Origin: a virus
Reading direction: 5' to 3' (one strand)
IMG/VR virus record: IMGVR_UViG_3300045988_137040
DNA: 64,000 bases
The stretch's first letter is position 1; each line of letters opens with the position of its first letter. The notes under the pieces were generated by a model. That model saw nothing but the letters and a program-made list of their open reading frames with translations. It was not told the DNA's origin and searched no databases. The position numbers and the translations under genes were made by a program. Below, in pieces: positions 34,401-44,268 of this stretch.

Positions 34401-37400
34401 CTGTTCGGTGTAGTAGGCATCGAGCTCGTCCATATAGTAAGCCATGTCGTCCTTGACGAGCTTACTGATGGACTTCGCCCGCTTGTGTGCCTGCTTCGGG
34501 TCCTGCCAGTTGCCAGTGTTGGACAGCGCACGGGAGTGGAGCACCTGCTGGATAGCCAACCGCTGCTTGTCATACCATGCCATCACGCTGTCAGCATCTT
34601 TCTTCACTGCTCCTTTCTTGATAGCTGCCATCAATGCCGGATCCTCACTCAGCACGCTCTCCACATCGGTGTCACCCTGGAGAGCCAGCACGAACTCGTT
34701 CATCTGCTTGCGACGGGCAACGAGATCCTTGCCGTTCATCTTCGACCAGTTGGTGGATGCGGCATCGGGGTTAGCACCCCATGGGTTATTCTTGTCGGTG
34801 CCGCCACCACCACCGCCGCTGATACCACCTCCGCCGCCAGTACCACTGTCGTTGCCATTCCCGTTTCCTTTTTTACCAAGAGAGTTCGCAAGGTCGCTTT
34901 CGGCAATTTGGTTTCCGAAGCTGTCTTGCAATGCCTGTAATGCGTCGTTGGCCTCACGGTTTTTGTTTTGCAGACTTCTCAACTTTGATTTCATTCCCAA
35001 AATTTCCATCGACGCAGCAGCCCGTGCTTGTACGCTTACGGGGGCAGCGGTTCCTTGCGAAGTTTGTGGTCTCGCTTGCATAGCACCAGCTGCTTCCTTA
35101 CTCCGGTCTTTAATGGCTTTCTCTTGCTTGGTAATTTCTACCGTTGTATGAGCTACCTCTTTACCCAAAGACTGCATTTCTTCTTTAGCTCCCTCAACAA
35201 GAGCCTTTTCCTTGAGTTTATTAATATAGGCTGTTAATAACGCCGTATTTCGCTTATAGGCTTTCCCCTCTCCATTCACGGTAGCAATATAGTTAGGTAC
35301 GGCTTTCTGTATCTCAAGGATAGCCGCCTTCCTTTCTTTCACCGACCTTGTGTTGTCATTAACGATTTTTCTCAGATTCTCCAATCGGCCACTTTCTTCC
35401 GCCGCTTTTACTTCTGCTTGGTCTTGGACTTTATTTAGCTCTTTCTGAGCTCTTGTCATCGAAGTAAGTTGCCTAACATACTTTATCGCAGTCATCGTCA
35501 GGAATACGACAGCCATTGCTACAGCTGCGATTACATTCGCCTTTTGCGCTGCGTTCAGCCTACGCCATGCAGTTGTAAATAGATTCGTCTTAGCTGCCGC
35601 GGTAGCATTAGCATTTCCGAGCGCAACGGTTGAAGTAGTCTCGAAGGCTTTAGCTGTGGCATCAGCGGTTGACGCAACAGTAGAGGCTTTCGTAGTAAAG
35701 ATGAGTTTACCCAAATACATGATACCAGAGCCGATAGCTTCAGTCCACTTCGCTTTCAGCATCGCGAGGTAAACAACCGTATATCGTAAGGCTCTGCCAA
35801 TAGGCCCATCATCGGTAATGAAATTGACCAATACACGTAAAGCGCTGATGATACCGCCAAAGAACCGCTGAGAGGAATCATTAACGAAAAACTCTTGAAG
35901 CTGATTCTTTAAACGCTCCCATCTGGCAGCAGTTGTATCGTTCATCTTGTCATACTCCTGCTGAATGGCAATATTATCGGCATAGGCTTCTTTAGCCGTA
36001 CCGAGGTTTTTACGCAATTCGCCAACATTCTGGGAAAGACCGGCGAATACAATACCTGCACGAGCACCCTGCTGATCGAGTTCCTTCATAATCTCGCCCA
36101 TGCCGCCCGTACCTAATAGTTTTTCGATACCGTCTGGATTCAAATTCTGGTCGTGGATATGTTGCAGAATCATCAGAATGACATCCATAGCCTTACCACT
36201 ATCATATAAATCACGGATGGTCTTTGGCGTAACACCAATAGCCCGCGCAATATCAAACGCATGGTTCTTGATAGCCGGTATCATTCTGGAGATTGCCGTG
36301 GCCGCCATTTCGGTACCCATACCGAGCTCGTCCACGGTGGCACCGAGGGCGGCTACTTGGTCCACGGTGATGCCACTCTGCGCACCCACGGCACCGACAC
36401 GTTTCACAAAGTCGGCAACAGGCTGGGCGGCGGCAGCAGTGGTGGCACGCAGACGGTCGATGGTAGACGCGATCTTCTCCATGGCCACGGCGGTAGCCGA
36501 CGAACCCTCTACGGTACCGTCCTCCATCTGCTTGCGAATCTTATTTACTTCTCCCGTTGCCAAAGCCACTTTCATCATTTCCGTAGCACCTTCCTCACCC
36601 AACTCGGGCAGAGCAACGTGCAACATATTGGCAGCCTCGGTGAAGCCACGCACGTCCTCCTCGGTATGCAAACCGAGCTGACCGGCGGCGGCGGCCATAT
36701 CCATAAGGTCTTGAATAGGGGTACGTGTATCGAGTTTGGCAAGATTATCAGACAACCGTCCTACCTGGTCCGCCGTGAATCCTGTTGTCTTTCGCACCTC
36801 ACCCATCTTGTCGGAGAGGGTCATCATGTCGCCCATGGCACCACTAATCTTCTGGATGGCCACGGCGGTACCCATATACAGCGTGATATAGGTCTTCAGT
36901 CGTGACACAGCCTTCTCAAACGCACTCGTGGTACCCTTGGATTCATTGCCGAGATTCTTCATCTCCAAATCGGCATTGCGCACCTTCTCGGCCAGCTCGT
37001 CATACGCCTTCTGACCCTCCTTGGTGGTACGGCTCATGTCGTTCAACGCCTTGCGCCCCTGCTCCACGGCCATCTTCAGCTCGTTGAAGGAACGACCCTT
37101 GGGAGCGTCGAGAACAGCCTGCATCTCCTTGGTGACACCTCCAACACGTTTTTCTTCGAGGGCGACACCGTCGAGGGCGCGACGGAGTTGCTCGTATCTA
37201 TGCGAGCCTTTTTCAGTAGTCGCCAATGTTTCTTCCAGTACCTGCTTGGCTTGTTTGAGTTGTTCGGGTGTACCCTTAAATATGTTGGCAGCACCCTGCA
37301 ATCCCATACGGAAAGCGTCACGCAACGACATTATCGGCCCAGCCGCACCTTGTGCAGCCTGTCCCGTTTGTGCCAAATACCCATTGATTTCGCGGATGAC

Positions 37401-40346
37401 ATCTGCGTTGGTCTGTTGCGGCAGCGAGTCGCGGTATTTCTTCAATGCCTCGGCTTGCGTGCGTATCTCTTCGGCGGACGCATCGCCCGTACCATTACGG
37501 AAGAAGCTAAGCGCCTTACCACCGGCATCCTCCATCATCAGTTTTTGTGCGAGATGTACTTTGTCGAGGTTGGCTTTATATTGTGACAGACTTGACGCTG
37601 CTGTCTTAGGATCATCAATCAGTCGCTTCCAATAGCTCTCCTGCGCCTTCAACGCCGATGCCGTGAGACTGCTGCTGTTTTGCAGTTGCGACTCCATAAG
37701 TTGATTAGCTTTGGCACGCTCGTCAGCCGCTTTCTTCACAGCTTCACGCTCTCTCACGGCTGACCGCTCAGCTTCGAGGCCATACTGCTTCAAGTGCTGC
37801 TCGGCATTGACAATCTGCTGAGCCAATTTCTTTGCAGCAGGGTCTGCGGTGTTATAGGTCTGAATGAGTTGTTTGCCGGCTTCGATGGCCTGGCGTATCT
37901 CGCTCTCGCTCAACTGGCCGAGGTTGCCACCGAGTTTCTGCACCGCCATCTCATTGGAGAGTTGGCGGCGCTCGGCTTCCTCCTGCTTAACCTTATCGAG
38001 GTTGACTTGGTACTGTTTCAGTTCGTTGCTACCCTTGGCGGCACTGTCCACTTGCCCCTGCCAAAACTTCTTCGTCTCGGCCAAAGCAGAATCGGAGAGG
38101 GTCGTCAGCTTCTGCATCTGACCCTCAAACTTGACAACGCTGTCCACCTGCGCCCACTCTTGCAGATACTTCTTACCCTGTTCTACAAGACTGTTGTAGT
38201 GGTTCCACTCCTTAGAGCCGTGGGCTTGCGCGTCACGCAGTTCCTCCATCGCTTTCACAGCCTGGCGGATTTCAGCGTCACCATAGTTTTCGGGCTTTGC
38301 CATCACGCGCATACCCCATGATGCCTTGTGGGTCTGCTCTACCTGCGCAATCTTTTCAAGGTTGGCAGCAGCTTGCTTGTATTCATCCGATGTGCGCTCA
38401 GCACTCTCCATCTGCGATTGCCAAAACTTCTTGGTCTCGGCAAGGGTGGAATCTGAGAGAGTCATCAGAGTGGTCATGCGGGAGGTCATCGTAGCCTTCA
38501 GCTGTTCCTCTTTCAGTTTGGCTTTGTCGGCCTCGATGCCATATTGCTTCAGATATTCCTCGGCAGTGAAGATGGCTTTCGATAAACTGGTATAAGCATC
38601 GCTGTCAGCCTGTAAGGTCTTTTGATATTCACGGGCAGCGTCGATGGCCTTGCGTATCTCGCCCTCGCCCATACCTTTCAGTGCGGACGTACCACCCATG
38701 AGTTTGTTGGCCGAGGCGAGATTCTGCGCCTGCACCAACTTACGCTGACGCTCTACGATGGCATCGAGGTTGGTCTTGTAAGTGTTGTAAGCCTTACTGC
38801 CACGCTCAGCACCATCCATCTGTGCCTGCCAGAACTTACGGGTTTCCTCCAACGCACCGTCGGACAATTTGGAGAGATGGCTCATGCGGTCGTTCATAGC
38901 CTGCATCTGTTCGACAGCCATACGGGAACTGCGCTGACCCTCCAGTCCGAACTCCTTGACGTACTTCTCGGCACGCATGATATTATTCACAAGGTCCTTG
39001 TAGGCTTGATCGCCCGGCTTCATAGACTGAGCAAGCTGCTTGGCGGCAGCGATGGAGGCTTGCAGCTCTTTCTCCGACAATAGTCCGAGATTTTTCCGTT
39101 CCAACTGCTTGGCGCTCTTTTGCAACTGGAGTGTGTTGAGACGCTGCTGTTCATTGGCAAGTGCTTTCAGATTGCGCTCCGCCTCCTTATAGGCCGTACT
39201 GCCACGCTTCGAGCCATCGAGCTGCTCCTGCCAAAAGCGTTGTGTCTCGGTGAACGCTCCACGTGAGAGTTTGGTGATATTGCTCATGCGGTCCTGCATG
39301 AGTTTATACTTATCGGCAGCCTGTAGTGCGGCATCGGCTTGCTGACGGGCAGCACGGGCACCCTCCACGCCGACGGTCTTTAGATACGACTCGGCATTGA
39401 CAATCTGCGCGGCCAACGTCTGCGCCTGCTTGCTCGACGTGCCATAGACTTGTATCAGTTCCTTGGCGCTGGCAATGGCCTGGCGGATGTCGCCCTCGCT
39501 CTGACGACCGAGGTTGCCACCGAGTACTTTTTGTACACGACGCTCCTGCTCAGCACGAATCTCTTTCATGGCTTGCTTGTTCTCACGCATGATGCTCGTG
39601 CTGACCTTTCCCGCGCGGTTGGTCTGCTCCAACTCCGTGTACATCGTGCGCAACGTTTCGCTCGACACGCGCTTGGTGTCGGTGATATGCTTACGCACAA
39701 ACTCATAGCTGCCACCCATCTTCTTCAGCTCATACTCAAGAGTGGCCACCTGCTCAACCGTACGCTTATAACCTCTGTCCTTTTCAGACAGGACATTGAG
39801 AAGTTCCTTCTGCTGCTGTAACTCCTCGGTAAGTGCCTGGCGAGATACCTTTCCACCCTTGCTGATTGTGTCAAGCACTTTCTGCGTGTCAGTTTGTATG
39901 GACGCATAATATTGCTGGGTAGCGTCCATAAGGGCTGTCATTTCCTCTCTGTCTTTCTTGTAACTCGCTGAAGTACGGTCAAGTCTCGATCTCGTCAGTT
40001 TGGCAGCATTATAAACTGCCTTCTGAAAAGCTGCGTTCATCGTAGCCAACGAACCATCGTTGAACGCCTTGATGCCTTGATCGAGAACGCGCATACCCTT
40101 AGCGAGCTCACCGTAAGCCTTGTTGAACTGACGGGCTTGTTTGGTTGCCGCATCCAAATTATCTCGCAGTTTTTGGATTTGACTCGACGGAAGATTGGCT
40201 TCTATTCCATCCTTCAACTTTTTTTGGAGATCCTTGACCTGCTTGTTGCATCTTTCACTCTCTTGACGCATAGACTCTATGGCGGCATTGGCATTTCGCG
40301 CGTTTGCCTGAAAGTCAATATGGATAATATCGTATCTCTGTGCCAT
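31395..40346 (-). CDS. tail tape measure protein (2983 aa)
   Basis: TP901-type TMP core (TTGFTADQVGRLSDNLAKLD...AAAGQLGLHTEEDVRGFTEAANML). Hydrophobic segments, a Gly-rich tract, and C-terminal GERGREAIID. Long coiled-coil N-terminal half. Confidence 0.85.
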   Translation of the reverse strand: MAQRYDIIHIDFQANARNANAAIESMRQESERCNKQVKDLQKKLKDGIEANLPSSQIQKLRDNLDAATKQARQFNKAYGELAKGMRVLDQGIKAFNDGSLATMNAAFQKAVYNAAKLTRSRLDRTSASYKKDREEMTALMDATQQYYASIQTDTQKVLDTISKGGKVSRQALTEELQQQKELLNVLSEKDRGYKRTVEQVATLEYELKKMGGSYEFVRKHITDTKRVSSETLRTMYTELEQTNRAGKVSTSIMRENKQAMKEIRAEQERRVQKVLGGNLGRQSEGDIRQAIASAKELIQVYGTSSKQAQTLAAQIVNAESYLKTVGVEGARAARQQADAALQAADKYKLMQDRMSNITKLSRGAFTETQRFWQEQLDGSKRGSTAYKEAERNLKALANEQQRLNTLQLQKSAKQLERKNLGLLSEKELQASIAAAKQLAQSMKPGDQAYKDLVNNIMRAEKYVKEFGLEGQRSSRMAVEQMQAMNDRMSHLSKLSDGALEETRKFWQAQMDGAERGSKAYNTYKTNLDAIVERQRKLVQAQNLASANKLMGGTSALKGMGEGEIRKAIDAAREYQKTLQADSDAYTSLSKAIFTAEEYLKQYGIEADKAKLKEEQLKATMTSRMTTLMTLSDSTLAETKKFWQSQMESAERTSDEYKQAAANLEKIAQVEQTHKASWGMRVMAKPENYGDAEIRQAVKAMEELRDAQAHGSKEWNHYNSLVEQGKKYLQEWAQVDSVVKFEGQMQKLTTLSDSALAETKKFWQGQVDSAAKGSNELKQYQVNLDKVKQEEAERRQLSNEMAVQKLGGNLGQLSESEIRQAIEAGKQLIQTYNTADPAAKKLAQQIVNAEQHLKQYGLEAERSAVREREAVKKAADERAKANQLMESQLQNSSSLTASALKAQESYWKRLIDDPKTAASSLSQYKANLDKVHLAQKLMMEDAGGKALSFFRNGTGDASAEEIRTQAEALKKYRDSLPQQTNADVIREINGYLAQTGQAAQGAAGPIMSLRDAFRMGLQGAANIFKGTPEQLKQAKQVLEETLATTEKGSHRYEQLRRALDGVALEEKRVGGVTKEMQAVLDAPKGRSFNELKMAVEQGRKALNDMSRTTKEGQKAYDELAEKVRNADLEMKNLGNESKGTTSAFEKAVSRLKTYITLYMGTAVAIQKISGAMGDMMTLSDKMGEVRKTTGFTADQVGRLSDNLAKLDTRTPIQDLMDMAAAAGQLGLHTEEDVRGFTEAANMLHVALPELGEEGATEMMKVALATGEVNKIRKQMEDGTVEGSSATAVAMEKIASTIDRLRATTAAAAQPVADFVKRVGAVGAQSGITVDQVAALGATVDELGMGTEMAATAISRMIPAIKNHAFDIARAIGVTPKTIRDLYDSGKAMDVILMILQHIHDQNLNPDGIEKLLGTGGMGEIMKELDQQGARAGIVFAGLSQNVGELRKNLGTAKEAYADNIAIQQEYDKMNDTTAARWERLKNQLQEFFVNDSSQRFFGGIISALRVLVNFITDDGPIGRALRYTVVYLAMLKAKWTEAIGSGIMYLGKLIFTTKASTVASTADATAKAFETTSTVALGNANATAAAKTNLFTTAWRRLNAAQKANVIAAVAMAVVFLTMTAIKYVRQLTSMTRAQKELNKVQDQAEVKAAEESGRLENLRKIVNDNTRSVKERKAAILEIQKAVPNYIATVNGEGKAYKRNTALLTAYINKLKEKALVEGAKEEMQSLGKEVAHTTVEITKQEKAIKDRSKEAAGAMQARPQTSQGTAAPVSVQARAAASMEILGMKSKLRSLQNKNREANDALQALQDSFGNQIAESDLANSLGKKGNGNGNDSGTGGGGGISGGGGGGTDKNNPWGANPDAASTNWSKMNGKDLVARRKQMNEFVLALQGDTDVESVLSEDPALMAAIKKGAVKKDADSVMAWYDKQRLAIQQVLHSRALSNTGNWQDPKQAHKRAKSISKLVKDDMAYYMDELDAYYTEQKSQIEDAQNSGEITEEEGWRRMLQNEQVYRQKRAELQQLYSKNSKEVTQQEADTIYEILADRTGDSVAFIKSNIGTTVNLIKQVGDKSAPAMRKIYGDLDKGVEQDFLKMRAAVKKQLDAIEEIVSKERPFDGIVKNLRQNVEKMGLLYTDLDKRKEKILLSGKGYGSDEMQNLNAEYGTQRNPRLTFLLQQSEDAYNMTWERLVNNMRVSGFGDWADAILNNEHAEDMKEALLAQLRTVYDTVQDAIKREASEVKKQVEITWNDTTVVGDISMKQLYEKASSALGMEQSSVSRANSLINAGPASGRVADRLAIKQMQIQLNMQDHYYALVRKTGQQRIDDLERQAKLKEEQGEMDKAEQLRLDAKHAKMSLNLTLSEEEADLAKQRADLAAKAEESENRLYTSLREWGSLLSSSAKSVFEASVTGEADYYNSLAKMRLTGEGSAGGTYIITEHAGTKEAVSHYESLDGEDALKRQLEIEQKNATADAWKKVMDDVNSKINEQITDWMNAAMQNQAVDNNTSALIANTEALYATRPVESNDFTNLERNLEGMAVDALGNIVYPINPVSPDDVETPYQDENNPSTWLRARRKRAGLPVNENPFDNTQANSAKEPADQWQSPWPDETQDGWNGKSWSTGTSDEQVQNITEQSQQIADAQIAASNGSAKVQIANNNKIIASTKSVNKANEEGTRSAFAKMTQAANLYGTAYQAMSNNNLSTSQKFQMFAVQAAGQAAITMLTTDLFQQQAKQTVQMPGILGKLLGEMPYPAAIATYAAVTALMGGLMALAVSQASKSKSQIAQATGANVSAGRLSTGMLTYAEGNVNEFTNPSSLTPGQRYNVDAADGKTYRARYMGANPTTHLTNGPEFHLVGERGREAIIDANTTRKLQMNDTGIWQAIQTLYNGGRVRATRQRGGGMSNFADGNLDEFADGASAQGSAGSAQPAFTDMLAAIQASLDRNSEVMEKAVSNGIKGVFNVYGKGGIIDSYDTGKKNVGRYGEKY

Positions 40347-40368
40347 GATTCGGTGTTTTTATTGTGTT

Positions 40369-40932
40369 TTATCTATTTGTCTTGCCTTGCTCCAATGCCC
40401 ATTCAACAGCCTGGTTGTAAGCGGCGGAAGCCGACTTATTGCTTCCCATGGCGTAGAGCATGTAGATAGTTCCTGTAAAGGAGAGCCGTCCGCGGACAAA
40501 GGCGGTAAATTTACTTGCCTGACTGCGCATCTCGGTGACAACATGCGGACGGCCTTTGCGAGACCTTGAAGGAACCGGTATAGGTCCCCATTTGGGATGG
40601 GGAATATCAGGTACAGGGCCATTGTATTTCTCCTTGCCACCGACAGCGAGCTCCAGGAACTTGGCATAGTAAATATAACGTGCCTCGAAAACCTGCGAGT
40701 CGCCATTGCTGGCAGCCCATGTCTTCCATGCAAGAGTCCGACGGAGTCTGCCTGTGCGATTTTTAATCTGACGATCTACGTTGGCTAAGGTGTTAGAACC
40801 TGTGATTTCGTCGAAATGGTTGATCCAGTCTACGATGTGTTGGTCACGCCAATCGAACTTCCACGACAATACCTTCTCCCCATATTTGTCGGTAGCCCAA
40901 GAGCGTTCCGTTTGTTCGGATAACAAAGGCAT
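40369..40932 (-). CDS. hypothetical protein (187 aa), upstream of TMP
   Basis: ORF in the position where tail assembly chaperones usually lie. No motif recognised. Confidence 0.5.
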   Translation of the reverse strand: MPLLSEQTERSWATDKYGEKVLSWKFDWRDQHIVDWINHFDEITGSNTLANVDRQIKNRTGRLRRTLAWKTWAASNGDSQVFEARYIYYAKFLELAVGGKEKYNGPVPDIPHPKWGPIPVPSRSRKGRPHVVTEMRSQASKFTAFVRGRLSFTGTIYMLYAMGSNKSASAAYNQAVEWALEQGKTNR

Positions 40933-40944
40933 AGCTTGATGTTT

Positions 40945-41475
40945 TTAAGCGTTGTCTTTTCCTTTGCCGGCCTCGTTCATATTTGGCTCCTCTTTGTCGT
41001 CCGGCAAAGGAGCGTTCATCAGTCGAAGCGTCACTTCCGCAAGACAGTGCTGCCACCGCTTTTTCATGTCGCCACCCTCGCGTTCCACGACATCGAGCCG
41101 TTTATACAGTTCCGTCTCTAACAAGGCGATGGAGCCGTGGCCATAGGCGGGGACGTCTGGGTTCGACAGCTGTTGCTCGCAGTAGCAAAGGAAACGCAGG
41201 GCACGCTGACGAGCCGCATGATATGCTTCACGGATATGCTCTGAGAGGTGCTTGTAGTAAGCCACCCCATTCCTATCTCCGCTTTTCTCCAAGTCTTTGT
41301 CTTTTTTATGCTTTTTCCACTTCTTGGCTTTCTTCTCTAATAAGATTTCGAGGATTGCCTGAGCTGCGATTTCCGTATCGTCTGGTTCTGGTGTCATAGG
41401 CGCGTCATCTATGCCTTGGATGCGCAAAGGCGTTATGGGCGAGGCCTTCTTGCGTTTGAATATGTTTATTTTCAT
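40945..41475 (-). CDS. hypothetical helical charged protein (176 aa)
   Basis: ORF between the 642-aa protein and TMP. Its composition suggests a chaperone or scaffold type. Confidence 0.5.
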   Translation of the reverse strand: MKINIFKRKKASPITPLRIQGIDDAPMTPEPDDTEIAAQAILEILLEKKAKKWKKHKKDKDLEKSGDRNGVAYYKHLSEHIREAYHAARQRALRFLCYCEQQLSNPDVPAYGHGSIALLETELYKRLDVVEREGGDMKKRWQHCLAEVTLRLMNAPLPDDKEEPNMNEAGKGKDNA

Positions 41476-41486
41476 GATTTCACTGT

Positions 41487-43415
41487 TTATGCGTTCTCAC
41501 CGGAGATGGTTTCCACCGTGCCGGTCTTACTGTTATCGAGGGTTGTGAGCGTCTGCTGCTTGATATGCCATTCGGCTTTCGCCCAGCCATTATAGTTTGC
41601 TACGGCGTTGAGAAAACGGCAATAGCCACGTTGGTGTATAGATAGCATCTGTTGCTTGAGCAATTGCATCTCACGCAGTGCCGTGCCACCATTAGAGGCC
41701 GCCACCATTGGCACTCCCACGAGACGAGGATCCACCTGCAGGGCAAGGAAGATAGGGGAGGTGCTTAACTCTAATTCATCCTTACCGGCTTTCACCGTGT
41801 CGGAGGACGTGTCTTTTACATCAACCACCTCGATGTTATGGTGCTCCTTGCCATCAGCTCCGAGCCACATGAATTGACGCATCATTTTGCCGTTGTTCTC
41901 CCTGTGCCGCAAGAACTCTTCCACGTTGCTGTCGAGGTTGTCAATGAACTCCCGTTGCTTCTCGGCATTGCCTTTATAGCCTTCGTCGGCAAACACTTGG
42001 TCAAGGTAGTCAAGGGAGATGTAGATAATCCTGCCCCACGACGTGTTGTTCTCACGCTGCTTATACTTGTCGTAGAGGATGGTGGCCGAGAAGTCGAAAG
42101 CCTTGGAGGTAAACACGCTCCACCATGTGCATTGCGGGTAATAAGGCTTTTGACCGCTTGGATAGAATGTAGGGCATACTATCCATGTTGGGCGATCCTT
42201 GATGCGTGTCTTGACATTCGACTGCACGAGATAGCGTATCTCGGATAAAAGATGTTGTGGCATGGCACAAGGATACATCTTGAACGAGTTGTCAACAGGC
42301 GTGCCGACAACCTCTACTTTCGTGCCAAAGGCACCCTTGGTGCGAAGACTGTCAGAAAAATAGACATTACGGATGTAGCGGTTCCTGTTCATCACTCCCA
42401 ACCTTGTTGAATGGCACGGCAAGAAACCTATTCGTGTGATACGAGGTTTCTCTGGATAATCCCAACGCCGAGACCGTCCTCGCTGCAACCCCACAGTGGG
42501 AAAGTAGATGTTCAGCATCATGTTGTCTGTCATGCACTGCGACAGGTGCAAATCAATGTCATTCTCCTCGACAAATTCCTTCGCCCCTGGAATATGGGTA
42601 TAGGTGCGCAAGTCCTCGTTTGGCTCATTGGGATTATCACATACTTCGTAGCCGTAGTATGATTTTTCCCAGTCTTGCAGTTCTTGCTTCGCCCTTTGCA
42701 AAGCCACACTGTCTTTGTGAGTTGGTTCGTATAGGTTTGACACGATGCTTGACGCGTCAGAGGAACGCTCTTGTTCCTCGAGTTCGTCGATGCGCTGCCG
42801 CAGAACATCTCCTGCATCCTTGTATTCTACAAGGTCATTAGGGCCGAGACGGTACATAAGCCTGGCACCTAACCCTCCTGCAAGGTCGGCGAGGTACTGG
42901 AGTGGGGCGGCGGTGTAAGGACTTGACATCGCCAAAGGTGGAATTACGGATGGAATATTATCAGCAGTTCCCCATTTGACATAGCCATCGCCCAACGTTT
43001 TACCATCTTCACCCGTAGGCTTGACGATAGGTTCGTTATTACTATAAAAGCTCCACGCCACGCTTGCCAATGGCCCATTGCTCCAAGAGCCTGCGCCTAA
43101 CGCGCACGCCATATCTTGTGCTCCAGACCGGGCGGCATCTGCGACAGCAAGACTGATGTTTCTCACGTCGCCATTCTTCAGCAAATCGACGGCGACATAG
43201 CCACGTCCATTGAGATCGCGGTTAATACGCTCAAAGTCCTGTTTAGTTTTAGGGTGCTGTATCATGATGCCGCCCATGCTTGTAGGGTTTAATCTTGCAG
43301 ATTTCCTACCCAGATTTGCCATCGACTTTCCGGTACCATTCTTTCTACTCATAATTTTTTTGAGATGTAAATTTACCCGAAAGTTATCTTTTTTTTGTGT
43401 TGCCGTCAAGGGCAT
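41487..43415 (-). CDS. candidate portal protein (642 aa)
   Basis: The size fits, and the N-terminal GYVKWGTADNIPSVIPPLAMSSPYTAAPLQYLADLAGGLG resembles the vkwG.dN.yP...l...Sp.h pattern recalled from portal N-termini. The gene order is atypical, so this is tentative. Confidence 0.45.
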   Translation of the reverse strand: MPLTATQKKDNFRVNLHLKKIMSRKNGTGKSMANLGRKSARLNPTSMGGIMIQHPKTKQDFERINRDLNGRGYVAVDLLKNGDVRNISLAVADAARSGAQDMACALGAGSWSNGPLASVAWSFYSNNEPIVKPTGEDGKTLGDGYVKWGTADNIPSVIPPLAMSSPYTAAPLQYLADLAGGLGARLMYRLGPNDLVEYKDAGDVLRQRIDELEEQERSSDASSIVSNLYEPTHKDSVALQRAKQELQDWEKSYYGYEVCDNPNEPNEDLRTYTHIPGAKEFVEENDIDLHLSQCMTDNMMLNIYFPTVGLQRGRSRRWDYPEKPRITRIGFLPCHSTRLGVMNRNRYIRNVYFSDSLRTKGAFGTKVEVVGTPVDNSFKMYPCAMPQHLLSEIRYLVQSNVKTRIKDRPTWIVCPTFYPSGQKPYYPQCTWWSVFTSKAFDFSATILYDKYKQRENNTSWGRIIYISLDYLDQVFADEGYKGNAEKQREFIDNLDSNVEEFLRHRENNGKMMRQFMWLGADGKEHHNIEVVDVKDTSSDTVKAGKDELELSTSPIFLALQVDPRLVGVPMVAASNGGTALREMQLLKQQMLSIHQRGYCRFLNAVANYNGWAKAEWHIKQQTLTTLDNSKTGTVETISGENA

Positions 43416-43667
43416 AAAAGTGGTGAAAAACGGCGTGTCCCGACCTCACGGCCAAGCCACGCCCTCTGGTTCAGCCGTCTCCCGACGGCCGTCCCCCTCA
43501 TAAGTTTAATTAACCTATCACAAAAAGAAAACCAAAAACTAAATCAAATACGTTATCCTGAATAATCTCTTTTACCTTTGTCTACCCAATGCCTATCACG
43601 CCTATATCGTTTCTTCCCTCGTTCTTTCCTTTCCTCGTTCTTTCCTTCCCTCGCTCTTTCCTTTCCT

Positions 43668-44189
43668 TCACTTCGTCCACAGCGTCAGCCACACGTCCGC
43701 GAACCCTGCCACCTCGGCCCAATAGAGCCTGTGAAAGTACGTCTTGCCCCTGCTCATGTACCAAACGTTATCCAGTATCTTATATGCCTCCGCCACGGCC
43801 ACATAAGCCGCATACATGGACGCCACGAGCACCGTAGGCCACCAGTTCACGCTCGTCGCCCAGCCCACGCAGCCAATGGCCGCCACCATCGCGCCGCCCT
43901 TGTGTACCGGGTACGTGTCCCTGTCGCAGTAGTTAGGCGCGACACCCACTATCATGAGCCCCACGCAGCCCAGGAACGCCAGCGGTTGCGCGCCGCCTGC
44001 CTCCAGCATCACGGGCAGCATGGCGAGCGCGCTGCACATCATCACCATAGAGAACACGAACCCCATATTCTTCCTCCAGTCCTCAAGCTGATAGAACGTG
44101 TCGCTCACCATTTCGGGCAGTCCGAATTTCCATGCCATAATCACAAAATACGCGGCCAGCACCGCGAACGCAATAATCGAAATCATCAT
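43668..44189 (-). CDS. multi-pass membrane protein (173 aa)
   Basis: Five or six hydrophobic helices along the ORF. Confidence 0.55.
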   Translation of the reverse strand: MMISIIAFAVLAAYFVIMAWKFGLPEMVSDTFYQLEDWRKNMGFVFSMVMMCSALAMLPVMLEAGGAQPLAFLGCVGLMIVGVAPNYCDRDTYPVHKGGAMVAAIGCVGWATSVNWWPTVLVASMYAAYVAVAEAYKILDNVWYMSRGKTYFHRLYWAEVAGFADVWLTLWTK

Positions 44190-44268
44190 AATATCTTTTT
44201 TGTCTTAAAAATCTATCTATAATAGTCTATAAAGGCCTATCGCCCTTAAAGAGATTCTTCCGTCTTCA

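Noticed and set aside
33300-34940. 546-aa plus-strand ORF, and similar ones at 34444..35151, 36100..36905, 37021..37635 and 37794..38321
   Set aside because: They are antisense shadows of the tape measure gene. Their composition is Leu/Val/His/Arg-rich and low-complexity, whereas the minus frame carries recognisable TMP motifs over its whole length.
43578-44222. 214-aa plus-strand His/Arg/Pro-rich ORF
   Set aside because: It is antisense to the multi-pass membrane protein gene 43668..44189, and its 5' part covers a purine/pyrimidine-skewed repeat tract (43606-43665).
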